Shown here piece after piece: positions 22,714 through 34,529 of a stretch of 64,000 nt of DNA (within the stretch, counting starts at the first letter, position 1; every line of letters begins with the position of its first letter). The notes beneath the pieces are model-generated. The model did no database searches. It worked only from the letters and a program-made list of their open reading frames with translations, and was not told where the DNA came from. Source of the stretch: Chlorokybus atmophyticus (Eukaryota; Plantae; Mesostigma and Chlorokybus algae); contig RHPI01002204.1 in the NCBI GenBank assembly GCA_009103225.1, positions 186,001-250,000 on the forward strand. The letters run 5' to 3'. The position numbers and the translations under genes are program-made.

Positions 22714-22850
22714 CATGCGACATCGCACCATACCGTTCCATATCATAACATGTGGTGTCACAGCCGAAATATGTCGTCATATGATGTCATATGACGTAAT
22801 ATGGCGCGGCGTCGCTGGACATCGTGAGTTCCCTGTGCAACATGTTAACA
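22714..22850 (+). repeat. Left arm of an imperfect inverted repeat of about 140 bp (partner 25238-25385)
   Basis: For example GGACATCGTGAGTTCCCTGTGCAACATGTTAACA versus TGTTAACATGACGCACAGGGAACTCACAATGTCC, and CATATCATAACATGTGGTGTCACAGC versus GCTGTGACACCATATGTTATGATATG. Confidence 0.85.
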
Positions 22851-22930
22851 GAGATTAAGTCAAACTGTGGTTCGTGCGTAATTTGTCCTGCGTATGATGG
22901 GATATCATACGCGCCCGGGCGATATGATCG

Positions 22931-25237
22931 ATGACTACCACGGCCCGGAAACCAAGTCGCATGCAAGCTCTTGGACAGCAGTGACGCCAAGATTGTCGAG
23001 CTTAGCGGCCGCGTTGTTTCATTTGTGCATTGCGACGTCTTCTTTCTCAGGTCCATGGCGGGTTCTCGGCGTGTTGCCACCTTCGAAAATTACTTTGTCC
23101 GTTGCATCTACGGATGCAACCTCACGGGCATACACAAAGGCTGGATCGCCAGAGTGGGAGTGCAAAACTTCAGGTCTCACCTTACTAGCGGTGTCCACAA
23201 GGACGCCTTCAATGCATTAACACGCCAACAGCAAGACGACTTGCTGAAGTACTGGTTGGATCTGGTGAGTCCTACATGGTAGCATGCATTGTTGTGCATG
23301 TTTGAATAGTAAACTGTTCCACAGCTTGAGAGTTTAACAATGCGCAATGTCACTGTCAATTTACTTTGAGTGCATGTTGCTGTCTGCATGATGACACATG
23401 GGATGGACTTATGTGGGATTGTCATCATCTATGTACTTGTTGCCACTTAGGGTCGGGCTGCAGTGGCACGACACAACTTCAATCCTACAGTGGGTGCTTT
23501 TATGCCAGTTGCTGGAATGTGGCCTTTGCAGCAAACAACCCCCCTGCCACCGTCGCTGCATGATGTTCTGCACCCTGTTGAAATCTCATACGATCTTAAT
23601 CTTATTGAAGACACCAATGCCAGTGCCTTGACGGTGCCCACAGGTATGTGACTGCTTCGTGGTGACATTAACAGTTTCATTCAATGCATGTATCCCAACA
23701 GGTCTTCGTGTGACTCCGTCTAAGCGCCGTAGGACTTTGTCTATGGCGCCTGATACTCCCACCACGTCTTATGTCACTGACGCTGAAACAGGTGATCAAT
23801 GTCATCGTTGCAGAGGTTCCCACCTGATCCGTGCACTATATAAACGCAGGGGAAGCAATGCCGCGGTTGCCAACTCACCAATTTACACCTGAGCTTATGC
23901 GTGCTGCTATCGACACCTTCAGTGGCCACCTGACTCGTGAAGTACAAAACAACGCTCGTCTACAAAACGAAAGTAAGGGAAATTGTGCCATTGTTTTGAC
24001 ACACACCACTGATGGCATTTTAAACTAGTTGACGAGAACACAGTCCTTCGCGAGCGTAACCTGAAGCAAGCAGAGCAGCTACGCCACAACCAGACACAGC
24101 CTGATCCCCAGATCGCTGCAAAGCTGTTGAAAATGATCGGTGAAATCAATGGTCTGCGTGCAGGCCATGCTGCTGCAGAACAACGCTCTGCTGACCTGGA
24201 GCGTGCATTACACGAAGAGCGTGCTGAGCACGTTTAAATGACAGAAAGTGACAAAAACGCAGACGCAGCAAGCATCGTGGGTTTACGCAAGCAGCTGACA
24301 GAAGTTTAGCGCAGGGCCACACAGTTGCAGCAACACAATGAGCGTAATGATGCAAAATTGGCGCGCTTGCAATGCCAGATTGGAGAAGCCAACCAGACAA
24401 TTGCTGCACAAAAAAAAAAAGGTGTGTGTTCCTGCACTATTAGATTTTCCAGCAACTGACTTTCCTGTAGATCTCAGAGTTGACAAGCGTCCTGCGTCTT
24501 TATACGGCAAACTGGCGATTTCGTGAGCGTGTTGAACCCAATGGCGTGCAATTCGAGAGCTTTCAGCAGGAACTGGAAGTCACTAGAAAGGAGTTGGACA
24601 GCTTGGCAAAATACATGTTGAAAGAGATCGACCTTGACGGACAGGTACTGAACAATTACAATTATGACAATTATTAACAAATGCAACACTTTGGTGTTCA
24701 TTGGTTGGTGTGCCAAGTATCGCTCCTTAATCGCAGAATTGTTAAAAGGCAGCTGCAACTGCAACTATACCAAACACTCTGGGAGAAGCTTTGTACCTAC
24801 CTCTGCACAGTTGCCCCGTTGCTGCGTGAAACAGCAACAACCGAAGAAATGCAGAAACATGTGCGCCAGGACTACAAGGGCAAGCGCGTGGTAGACAGTG
24901 AAGACAACACATGCGGGATCTGTTGCGAGCAGAAGCCAGTGGAAGTGTTGTTACCAATGCCATGTTGCGGAGCTACACTGTGCCGTCAGTGCTTGAAGAA
25001 GCTGCGCACATGATCTCACCCTCAAGTTGAGTGTCCTTTCTGCCGCCGCTTTCAACTTATTTTTATGCAGCGCCCACCACGTGGTGCAGAGCTCCCGGAT
25101 TTCCCTGTATATGAACTCAGCAGCAGTGACGATGATGAGGATGTTGACACACACAATACCGGTGCTGCTGGCGCTGGGCCTTCGCAGCCACCCCCCCCCC
25201 TGAGTAGACCTGTATCATGGAACCCGTTTTGCTCGTG
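22931..25237 (+). pseudogene. Spliced gene: N-terminal C2H2-like zinc finger, long coiled coil, C-terminal RING-type finger, acidic tail
   Basis: 'RCIYGC...NFRSHLTSGVH', heptad-rich exons, and RING 'CGICC...PCCGATLCRQC...*SHPQVECPFCR' (24912-25043). Short (about 55-75 nt) GT-AG introns and several premature stops. Confidence 0.7.
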
Positions 25238-25385
25238 TGTTAACATGACGCACAGGGAACTCACAATGTCCATTGACGTCGCGCGACATTTTGCCATATC
25301 TTGCTATATGACATCATATGTTGGCATATCAATCGCTGTGACACCATATGTTATGATATGGAATGGTATGGGGCAGTGTCGCATG
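25238..25385 (-). repeat. Right arm of the imperfect inverted repeat (partner 22714-22850)
   Basis: Reverse-complement match to 22714-22850. Confidence 0.85.
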
Positions 25386-25842
25386 ACGAGTTCTTGCATA
25401 CGTAGCATACGTACATTTATGAAGCTCACCACCAATATGCACCCATTGATTATATCGACACCAAAGCATGGTGTCACACAAACTGTCCAACACACATGGT
25501 GACCTACTCAAACAACAGCCAGTTTCACTCTTTTTTCTTTTTCTTATTGCCAAAACCGCTACCACTACGTCGGCGCGCCCAAAATGCTTTGAACCTCGCT
25601 GGGTTGCCTTCATCCATATTGTAACCTTTGCACCCTCGAGAGTCGTATTGGGCGATATACATAGCTTCTAACCAATCTATTCGCGCCTTGCAATGNATGT
25701 CGTGAGTTCTTGTATATGTAGCATACGTACATTTATGAAGCTCACCACCAATATGCACCCACCTGTATCATATCGACACCAAAGCATGGTGTCACACAAA
25801 CTGTCCAACACACATGGTGACCTACTCAAACAACAGCCAGTT

Positions 25843-26195
25843 TCACTCTTTTTTCTTTTTGTTATTGCCAAAACCGCTACCACTACGTCGGCCCGCCAAA
25901 AATGCTTTGAACCTTGCTGGGTTGCCTTCATCCATATTGTAACCTTTGCACCCTCGAGAGTCGTATTGGGCGATATACATAGCCTCCAACCAATCTATTC
26001 GCGCCTTGCAATGTCCTTCATTTAATACTTCAAACTGCACTTGCTCTTCAAAAGGTTTACTGCTATCTAAGTCAGGCAACATTTTCTTAGGCGGGTGTCT
26101 ACGATGTTCCTCATAACGTCGACCTGGGTGGTTACTTTGACCGATATATACTTTCTGTGTTGCCACATGCGTCAACTTGTAGATAAACTTCACAC
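25843..26195 (-). CDS. GIY-YIG endonuclease domain, intact; apparently the last exon of a spliced gene starting at about 27300-27500
   Basis: 'FIYKLTHVATQKVYIGQSNHPGRRYEEH...WLEAMYI...GYN', containing GIY/YIG, Arg, Glu and Asn catalytic positions. There is no ATG. An acceptor CAG at 26196-26198 is phase-compatible with an upstream exon at 26231-26315. Confidence 0.85.
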
Positions 26196-26230
26196 CTGTG
26201 TTTATGGGTTGCGCACGTTTTTTAATTTAC

Positions 26231-27344
26231 GTGCAGAGGCGCGAATGTTGGTGTTGGCATTGATGCTGTTTCTTGCTGCCGAGGATCGCAAGATCATCTG
26301 AACCTCATCGTTTACCTGCAAAGAACAATGGTACTATGAATGCTGCAGTACACATCCGAGATTGATGTTGAATATGGAACATATATGCGTAGCGAAGTAG
26401 AAGCAAGGAAACAGACCACGGATACAGGATATGAGCAAAGGGAGCCAATGCAAAAACAGAAGTGTAACAAAAGATGGAGCGACTGCATGGGTTCTGGCTT
26501 GATGTGCCCATTGTTGTTGAACTCTGCTACGCAACTATAGCATTCTCACGCATCGCAACTAATCTTGGCAAGCACAGTAATCCCATCATCAACTTGGATA
26601 ACCACACACCTCATTGGCAGCAACATTTGCTACTGAAGCTTCCCTTGGGTCTGCTTTGTTGATTTGCTCAATGAGTTTTTCTGCCTTTCCTTGCGACATG
26701 AAACGCGCTGTCTCCCAGTTGCAAACTTTGCAAATGTGAACCAGCTCGAACACCTGTGAAACATCTGTTAACTACAGGTATTTGGCCAATGACCCAGTGT
26801 CACATTGATACATACCTGATTAGCGTAAACTGGCTCTGCATTATCGGGGAGCTTTGGGTTGTCCTTGCGCATCAGAGTGTCCCGCAGCTTGTAAGCTACT
26901 TGGCGCTTCAGGTCATCAGAAATGTCGATGCCGAGCTTTCTGAGGTAGTAGATGCATGTTCCTACACATACTTGCATCAGTTAACACATGCACCACAGTG
27001 TGTCAGTGTACATTTTCCGCTTCTCACCAGTTGCAATAGAGTCCCTGTGGTTTATGCGAAACTCTTGAGCTCTCTTTTTGGCAGGGCGAATTGACCTACT
27101 TATCGGCCTCTGGCTTGGTAAATAGCCCCTCAAGCTTGTCGGGAGTGATTCCTGCTGAGTCACATGCTACCAGTTGTTTCGATGTCAGCGGACGACCAGG
27201 CGCATCACCTCCAGAGCTACTGGTACGTGGACGCTTAGAGCCAGGTTCGTCATTGGAAATTTGAGCGTGGAGCCTCTCGAACAGGTCTTTTCCGTTAAAG
27301 TCCATGCTGTCAACCAGGTGCATTGTCAATGTAACGCTCGCCAA
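26231..27344 (-). pseudogene. Uncharacterised multi-exon coding region upstream of, and probably fused to, the GIY-YIG exon
   Basis: Open exon-like segments ('MDFNGKDLFERLHAQ', 'KKRAQEFRINHRD', 'YYLRKLGIDISDDLKRQ...YANQ|VFELVHICKVC') with GT-AG junctions. At least one frameshift. No recognisable family. Confidence 0.45.
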
Positions 27345-28073
27345 ACTAATGACTCACAGGTTCGAGATTAAACATAGGCCAACTGAGCCACGTTGTTACC
27401 TGTGTCTGGCTGAGGTGACAGTTTCCGACGATGGGCAGGTGTCTGAGGCAGGTGATGCGACAGGCATGTATGCACAGTGCCCTGCGACTTGACGTTTCAA
27501 CTGGTGTACATTTACAGCAGCGTTAGATATATTGCCAATGTATATCTGCGTGGCAAGGAAAAGGGTCTGTGTCGGCAGAACACCACGTGCTAAGCCATGC
27601 CGCCATGCGATTGGTCAGAAGAGTTGATGGGATGGAGGAGATGATTGCATACAAAGCATGGTTGGATGACGGGTGATACGGCAATCAACTTAATGTGCCA
27701 TGTCATCAAACCGTACAATGCGTACAGTATGGTCATGAGATGCAGTTCATGTTACGCGACATGGTTCCATATCGTTGAACATGGAACCACATAACGCAAT
27801 GTTTTGCAATATCGTTCATACATGCACAAACATCATGCGATATCCGTTGATATCAAACAACGTTGCGCAATAGCGTACCATGTCGCCTAAAGCAATATCG
27901 TCCAACTTGGAACCATGTAGTGCAATGTTGTGCAACATCGATCTCACATGCTCAAACATTCGCGATATGCGTCGATATCAAACAACGTTGCGCAACATCG
28001 TATCATATCGCCAAATGATGCAACATATGTCACACCATTGCGCAACACTAACTGGACTTACCAATTATCAACG

Positions 28074-31000
28074 TCAATCCCCAGGAACGGGCGTCATCTC
28101 TTCAGGGCGCGGTAAACGCGTCAACCGTAAATAGGCCCTGTTTGTCACGCGCGACAACGCCACATACCACAATCCAGGAGCAAAATCTTCCTACATGTGG
28201 ACAACAGTAGTTGATTGTAGCGTTGCACCTTGACACTTGTGCACTGTCATTGCATACGCTAGCTGCAAAGGAAACACAGCTTTGTAGTACGTTTTGCCTT
28301 GAAACGTTGTTGTTTGCTGTATTATTCGGCGCATCCACATGAAGTCTGCCAAATGGTCAAATGTAACTTGTATACTGCTCACATTACCTTTGTAGTATCT
28401 AAACTGCGTCACTGTTCCCAAAGACCCATTGGCTACATCATCTTGCAGTGAAACGTTTTCGAAAACCAACACCTTTGCTCCTTTGGCGACTGAAGGTAAT
28501 AAGTTGAACTTGGGCTTGGGAATCCAGTCATACAGCTCGGGCACGCTCACTGCATTAGAAGTAATTTGTATTGGCACAATGGTATCAGTTGCAAAACGTT
28601 GTCTCACAATCATGCTGTTGAAAGCCAGTGTGTCTTGTACATGTGAACACAATATGGTTGCATCACTTGGTAACTGTTGTAAGTACTCCGAAGTGACCAG
28701 ACAGCCACCTAACGCATCTGCTATCTCTGTTGAACTGGGTATGCCAGAACGAATCTGAATCAAGAATTCAGCAAACAGAGGGTCTGAAGCATGACGCATT
28801 GAAACAGATAAAAAATGTTGCCTACGTAATGGCCACCTCTGTGATGCAGAAATATGGCATTTGTGGCAAACCTGCGATGTGTTTTGGACTTTGTGTCCAC
28901 AAACTGCTGGCAGTTGCTTGTGGTCACCAACCAATACAACGCCGATTGTTTGTAGAGATTCTGGTCCATGAACTTGCTGTAAGCGCAGCATCACCAAGTC
29001 AAACAACTGCAATGTCATCATGGAAAACTCGTCAATAATAAATACTCGACAATGATGTAACAGTTTGTAAGCATCATCCATAGCAGTTACAAACCGGAGT
29101 TGCTGACCGTTGACAGGTATTGCGAAGTTGGAATGTACAGTTGAAGCAGATGAGCTGAGCCGCAAAGCCGCAGCGCCAGTTGTAGCACTGAGTAAAACAG
29201 GTATCCTAGCAACGCGCAACTTGTGAGTGATGAATTTGGTCAAAAATGTTTTGCCTGTTTCTGAACAACCAGATATCACATGTAGACCAACCGGTGTTGC
29301 AATGATACTTCTTGCGGTGCGTTCTTGCTGGCTGGTCAAAAAGAGATTGTTCGCAAACGCAAACTCCTCAACATTCAATGTACATTGAAACATTGGCGCC
29401 GATACATCTGAGTCCGTTGTCACAGTTGAAGCTGGAGATGCAGGATTGGATGATGAAGCTGTTGGATACTGCGTGGTAGGTTCTGGTGCAGTTTGACTGT
29501 CTGTCAGACCAGCTGCAGCCATAGACAAGGCATTAATAGCATTATCAGTGGTCTGCATCATGGCATTCATCATATGGTGAACCTTAACATCATTGTATAG
29601 ATGACGTTCAGCATAGCGCGTGACATGTGTCAACAAACTGCGGTTTGTGTTGTTAATGAAACCCCGCAACACACATTCTTCATAGTAAGTGCGTAATTGG
29701 TTGTTCAAAGAAATCAAATCAACTTCAGAGCAAAAAGTAAGCCGCTGAAGAAGTAAATTGAAACAAAACCCTTCAATGCTGTGTACAGGATGGTAATCCG
29801 CGAATCTAATGATGCGCGGGACAGCTAACTTATAAACGAATGCATTCAGTCTGTCTCTTAAAGTATGCACAGTGTTATGTGGCACAGTGTCTCCATCTCG
29901 GTGCATGTACTGTCGAAAGTAGTTGTACGTTGTGACTCTTTCTACCTCGTCAGGCCTGACACAATAACGATGAATGGGATGCACAATTATCGTCCGTGCA
30001 CGACTGTTCACTATGCGAGAACGATTGTTAGGCAAACGCATGTCAACATATGTTACATTGGACGACATTTGCATGATGGGAATATCCAAACATATCAAAG
30101 CAGCTTCAGCTGGAGCAATGGGTTTGGACAAGCACATTGTGTTCAATATGCGCAATTCGTTAACAGTCAATCCTTGCAAACCGAGTGCATTGGTGTCTAA
30201 TGCATCATCAACAGTGCCACAAGGTTCCATTTTAGTTGTGTACTTGACTAAATACTTGCTCCAATGACTGTCAGTGACTTGCAACACATTACAATGAGCA
30301 CCCCACAACAATAAAAGCACTGGATGTGTGGGAACCACATTGCGGTCACAAGTGCGTGGTCTGTAATAATCGTACCTGCGCGTTTCTGTGTTAGACTGAG
30401 GTCGACGATCTGGTTGTACGGGTTACGGAAAGCCCATGTCGCACTTGTTGTCAAATGCACTGCAGCCACTGCCAACATCAGAACACTTGTGCATTTGCTT
30501 GCGTACAACATATTCATAAAAGACTCGCAGTTTAGAATCAGCTGGTACAATTATTTGCTGATTTGCATGGTCAAAATCTCCGGGGATAAATGCAGTGATT
30601 TCACTGCAAACTCGTTTAACATCTTTGGGATGTAACCACAACATAACATGTGCATGCAAAGATCCACGGTGTTGTGTTTCATACCTGATAACATAGTGCA
30701 TCACACGTCCAAGGATATCCTTTTGCATGATATATTCTTCAGAGAAGGTGCTGAACCGATGATGAAACAAACGTGCGCACTTCACAGGGGCATCGCGCCA
30801 ACTAAGTTGCGTGGAGACATTGTGGAGAACATTCTGCAAATCAATGATCTCAGGGAATTTGGTACTGGACACTTCATCTGCAGTCATGGTGACAAAGAGA
30901 TGAGGCATACCCCAATGCTCAACTCGACACAGCAGCTCACTCAACTTTTGTCGATGCCAACTCGGACATCCAATGATGTCACCCGGGACACGAAATTTTA

Positions 31001-32150
31001 CAGCGTTTTTGATGGCATCATTGATTGTGGCAGTAGGTCGTTGTTTGAGGAACTTTTTAATATCAGCGTCCACAGCAACTTCGCGGCATTTTCTGACTGT
31101 AAGAAGTGATTGACGGATTTGGTACAGCAAATAAGGCTTGTACAATGTGAAAACTGAGAACGATTGTGTAAGACGGAACTTGACATTGTCTGACAGTCTG
31201 CTGTACACGTTGCCATCAAAGAACCCACGATTGTGCGGGAACAACATGGGAAACAGCAGAGCAGACTCAACAGTTAAACCAGGAATGTTGTACGCACCAC
31301 CTGTATCCATGTGTATCAAAAGAGGAACACAAGGCTCACGCAGCGACATATGTCCAACGCGCAACATGGTGTCCACTGTGACTTCAACTGTGCTGCGCGA
31401 AGGAAATGGCAACAAAGTGGTTAAAACGTATGTGTATGCTGATTCACCAGCAATGTTCAAAGGATTACGATCTTGTGCACGAGACACAATGCTACGAATA
31501 GTAGATGAACTGACAGTGGGGATGCCGTCAAAACCAAATGGTTGTTCTGCCAAGGTCTGATATTTCTGAACCAGAGTGTTGGACGATAATAGCTCGCTTA
31601 ACAACTCCAGCAACAAGTGATAAACGGACCGTTAATCATATTCAACTGCTGAATTTGGCCCGAAGTGAAACTGTATGAGTTATACAAGTCGCAAAGCGCC
31701 ATGGACGTGTTAACAAGGGACAACATCTGCACTACCATTGGATGTGTCTCCAACAACTTGCGAATGTACACTGCGCTGTGTAATACAATGTAACTGGAAC
31801 GCTCCGACCCGTGACTACATCGATGGCATTGGTAGTAATCACTATCACACTTGGTATAATCGGACATAAAAACATTAGCCAAATCATATGGTGCAACGGT
31901 GGATACTAATTGTCGATAAATTGGACGATAAGTAGCAGCAGCAGAGTAAAACTGTACATGCCCGCACAAAGAACAACATTGCATTCGCGTGACAAACTTA
32001 CGTTGTGCATCTTGCCAACAGGAAAGCAAATCATCGCAGTCGTCCCACAATTCGCAATGCTGAGACAAATCGCAATGTTGCTCATAAGTCATAGCGGATG
32101 ACGAAACAATACACCAGGAACATATCAACCGCCCTGGCATTTGTCGCCAT
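28074..32150 (-). mobile_element. Helitron RepHel transposase (HUH Rep + PIF1-like SF1B helicase), degenerate; Helitron2/Helentron-type motif 2
   Basis: Rep motif 1 'HLFVTMTADE', motif 2 'YETQHRGSLHAHVMLW', motif 3 'YLVKYTTK'. Helicase 'SGCSETGKT', 'ATTGAAA', 'IIDEFSM', 'VGDHKQLPAV', 'PLQLAYAMTVHKCQGAT', 'YVALSRV'. Frameshifts and stops present. Element termini were not identified. Confidence 0.93.
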
Positions 32151-33918
32151 CCAAAAGAACCATCTCGGCACAGTCCAGCAATGAGGGCGTGCAAAGGTGC
32201 AAATCCACATGCACAATATCTCTGATGTGTAGCAAAATGTTGCGATATGATTACATATGCGGCGATATGGTGCAACATGGTGCCATATGATTAGCAAATG
32301 CTGTTAAGTGTTTTAAAACTTAATAATCAACGTAACGTTCACGCCACGGTACGTGCTGCGATACTTAGTAAATAATGCCGAGGTTACGACCATCAAAATA
32401 ATGCTAACCTGAATTACCTTAACGTTAAGATTCAACTAAACGAAAAATCGCATCGTTAGGCCACCATTTGGTCACGCATGAGATTGATCAAATGGGATCG
32501 CAACGGTGACAACAGCCAGTTGCTCAAAAAGGCAGCAAAATGGCCAATCATTGCAAAGATGCGTAAAAGATGCTGAAAAATATCTTTGCGGCAACCGCTT
32601 ACCAACGGCGACCCAAATTGCTAGGGATTTGGTGCAATTGCGGCACGGTTAGTGGTTAAAACGGCCGCGTTTTTGGCGGTACGAGGTCGGGGCAGGCCCC
32701 ATACCCCAAAGACATGCCGCCACTACTCACCCTCGTTCTAACTAATCCACTCTACCCTTTAACGCTAATTGATTACACGCTATAGTTACTGCGTCATCAA
32801 ACATGGTCAACAACCGAATAAACGCTGGTATGTAAATAATCACAACGGATGTTGTTAGGCAGGTCCAGTACAAGGTATATCAACCTATACAAACATGCAT
32901 AATGCTATGCTTGATTGTGCACTGCAACTTACACCCATACCAAGCATATATCTAACCTACTACATGAATACATACAAGTTATGTCTAGTATTCATATACC
33001 ATAACATAGCTAGCCTGCAAACCGTCGCTATCCACCTATAAGTGTCGTGTTTAGCAGATATTAATGGTTGGATTGTGCATGCTGGCTGCTGGTATTGGTG
33101 GTAGTGGTAAGGTGGTTTTGGTCAAGGTCATTGTCGTCACTTGTACATTGGATAAGCTGTGCCGCACACGCACCTACCCGACTCAATACCATGTGCACAA
33201 CCACGTGTAATTTAGAAGATAAATGCAGATGCATTCGCACACAGAACCAGGCTAGCAAGCAGGCGGCAAAATAGTCAACTACATACACTAGAAGGCTAGC
33301 TAGGGGCCTAATGCAACCACACACAAGCAGCGGTAATGGGGGTGGCGTTGAGACAGGGCGACACAGCAACAAGATATGCGGGCAGGTGATGACGCAGGAG
33401 TACAACCTGCGCGTCAGCCGCCGTGCTTGTCTTGTGACTATTCTTCCATGCTTATTGTGCACATAGTAGCTAGTCACACCTGCTCACCAATTGCAGTTGT
33501 AAGGGCTGCTGTGTTTAGTCCAGTGGCCCAATGCAGCATGCATGTTTTGCACTCGAGTGCGCCTGTTGTAATTACCAACATGTTGTATGTGAATATTGTG
33601 GACAACGAAACAGTTGCAACTCCAGCTTGCTATCGTAGCAATCTGACCGGTGGTGGAGGCAGTCACCAGAAGGCGCACCAGCTCAGTATCAAAGTGGTCA
33701 CAATCGTGCATACTGGTGCAAAGCGTGTGGTGCAGGATCGCGCGCTCCCTGGTTTGTTGTATGACTTCTGCACTGTGCAGCTGTGCCGGGGGTGGGGACA
33801 TGCTCGCACGCCTGCCCCGGCAGGCGGCAGGGGAAGACGCATTGCTGGCTGCTGCCGCTGTGTCGGCTTGCATGCAACGTGCGCTGTGCGTTGTGTAGGC
33901 ATGGTAGGCAATGCATAT

Positions 33919-34301
<383 letters not shown>

Positions 34302-34529
34302 GCAACAAGTTTCCGCTGTCATTTCACCTGTACAACTCTTGTCGACAGTTGAAATTAGGGCAATGTACAACAGTTCAATTGTCACCGCAGGTGACATTAC
34401 TGTGAAGGCAGATTTGAGTCCTTTGCATCCTGCAATGGCAAAGAACTCTGCTGCTGTGCTTTGCGCTGCACCAGTCCAGGCGGCCGCGGAATATCCGGCT
34501 TGTCTCGCATTGGACTGCGGATACCTAGT

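Noticed and set aside
25380-26012. Apparent tandem duplication (about 316 bp) of the GIY-YIG 3' end
   Set aside because: The two slightly divergent copies meet exactly at a single N (25696), which is typical of an unmerged contig overlap between haplotypes or paralogs. It is likely an assembly artefact.
33480-33880. Minus-strand open stretch 'MSPPPAQLHSAEVIQQ...' left of the GA repeat
   Set aside because: It has no recognisable domain or consistent exon chain and may be UTR or chance.
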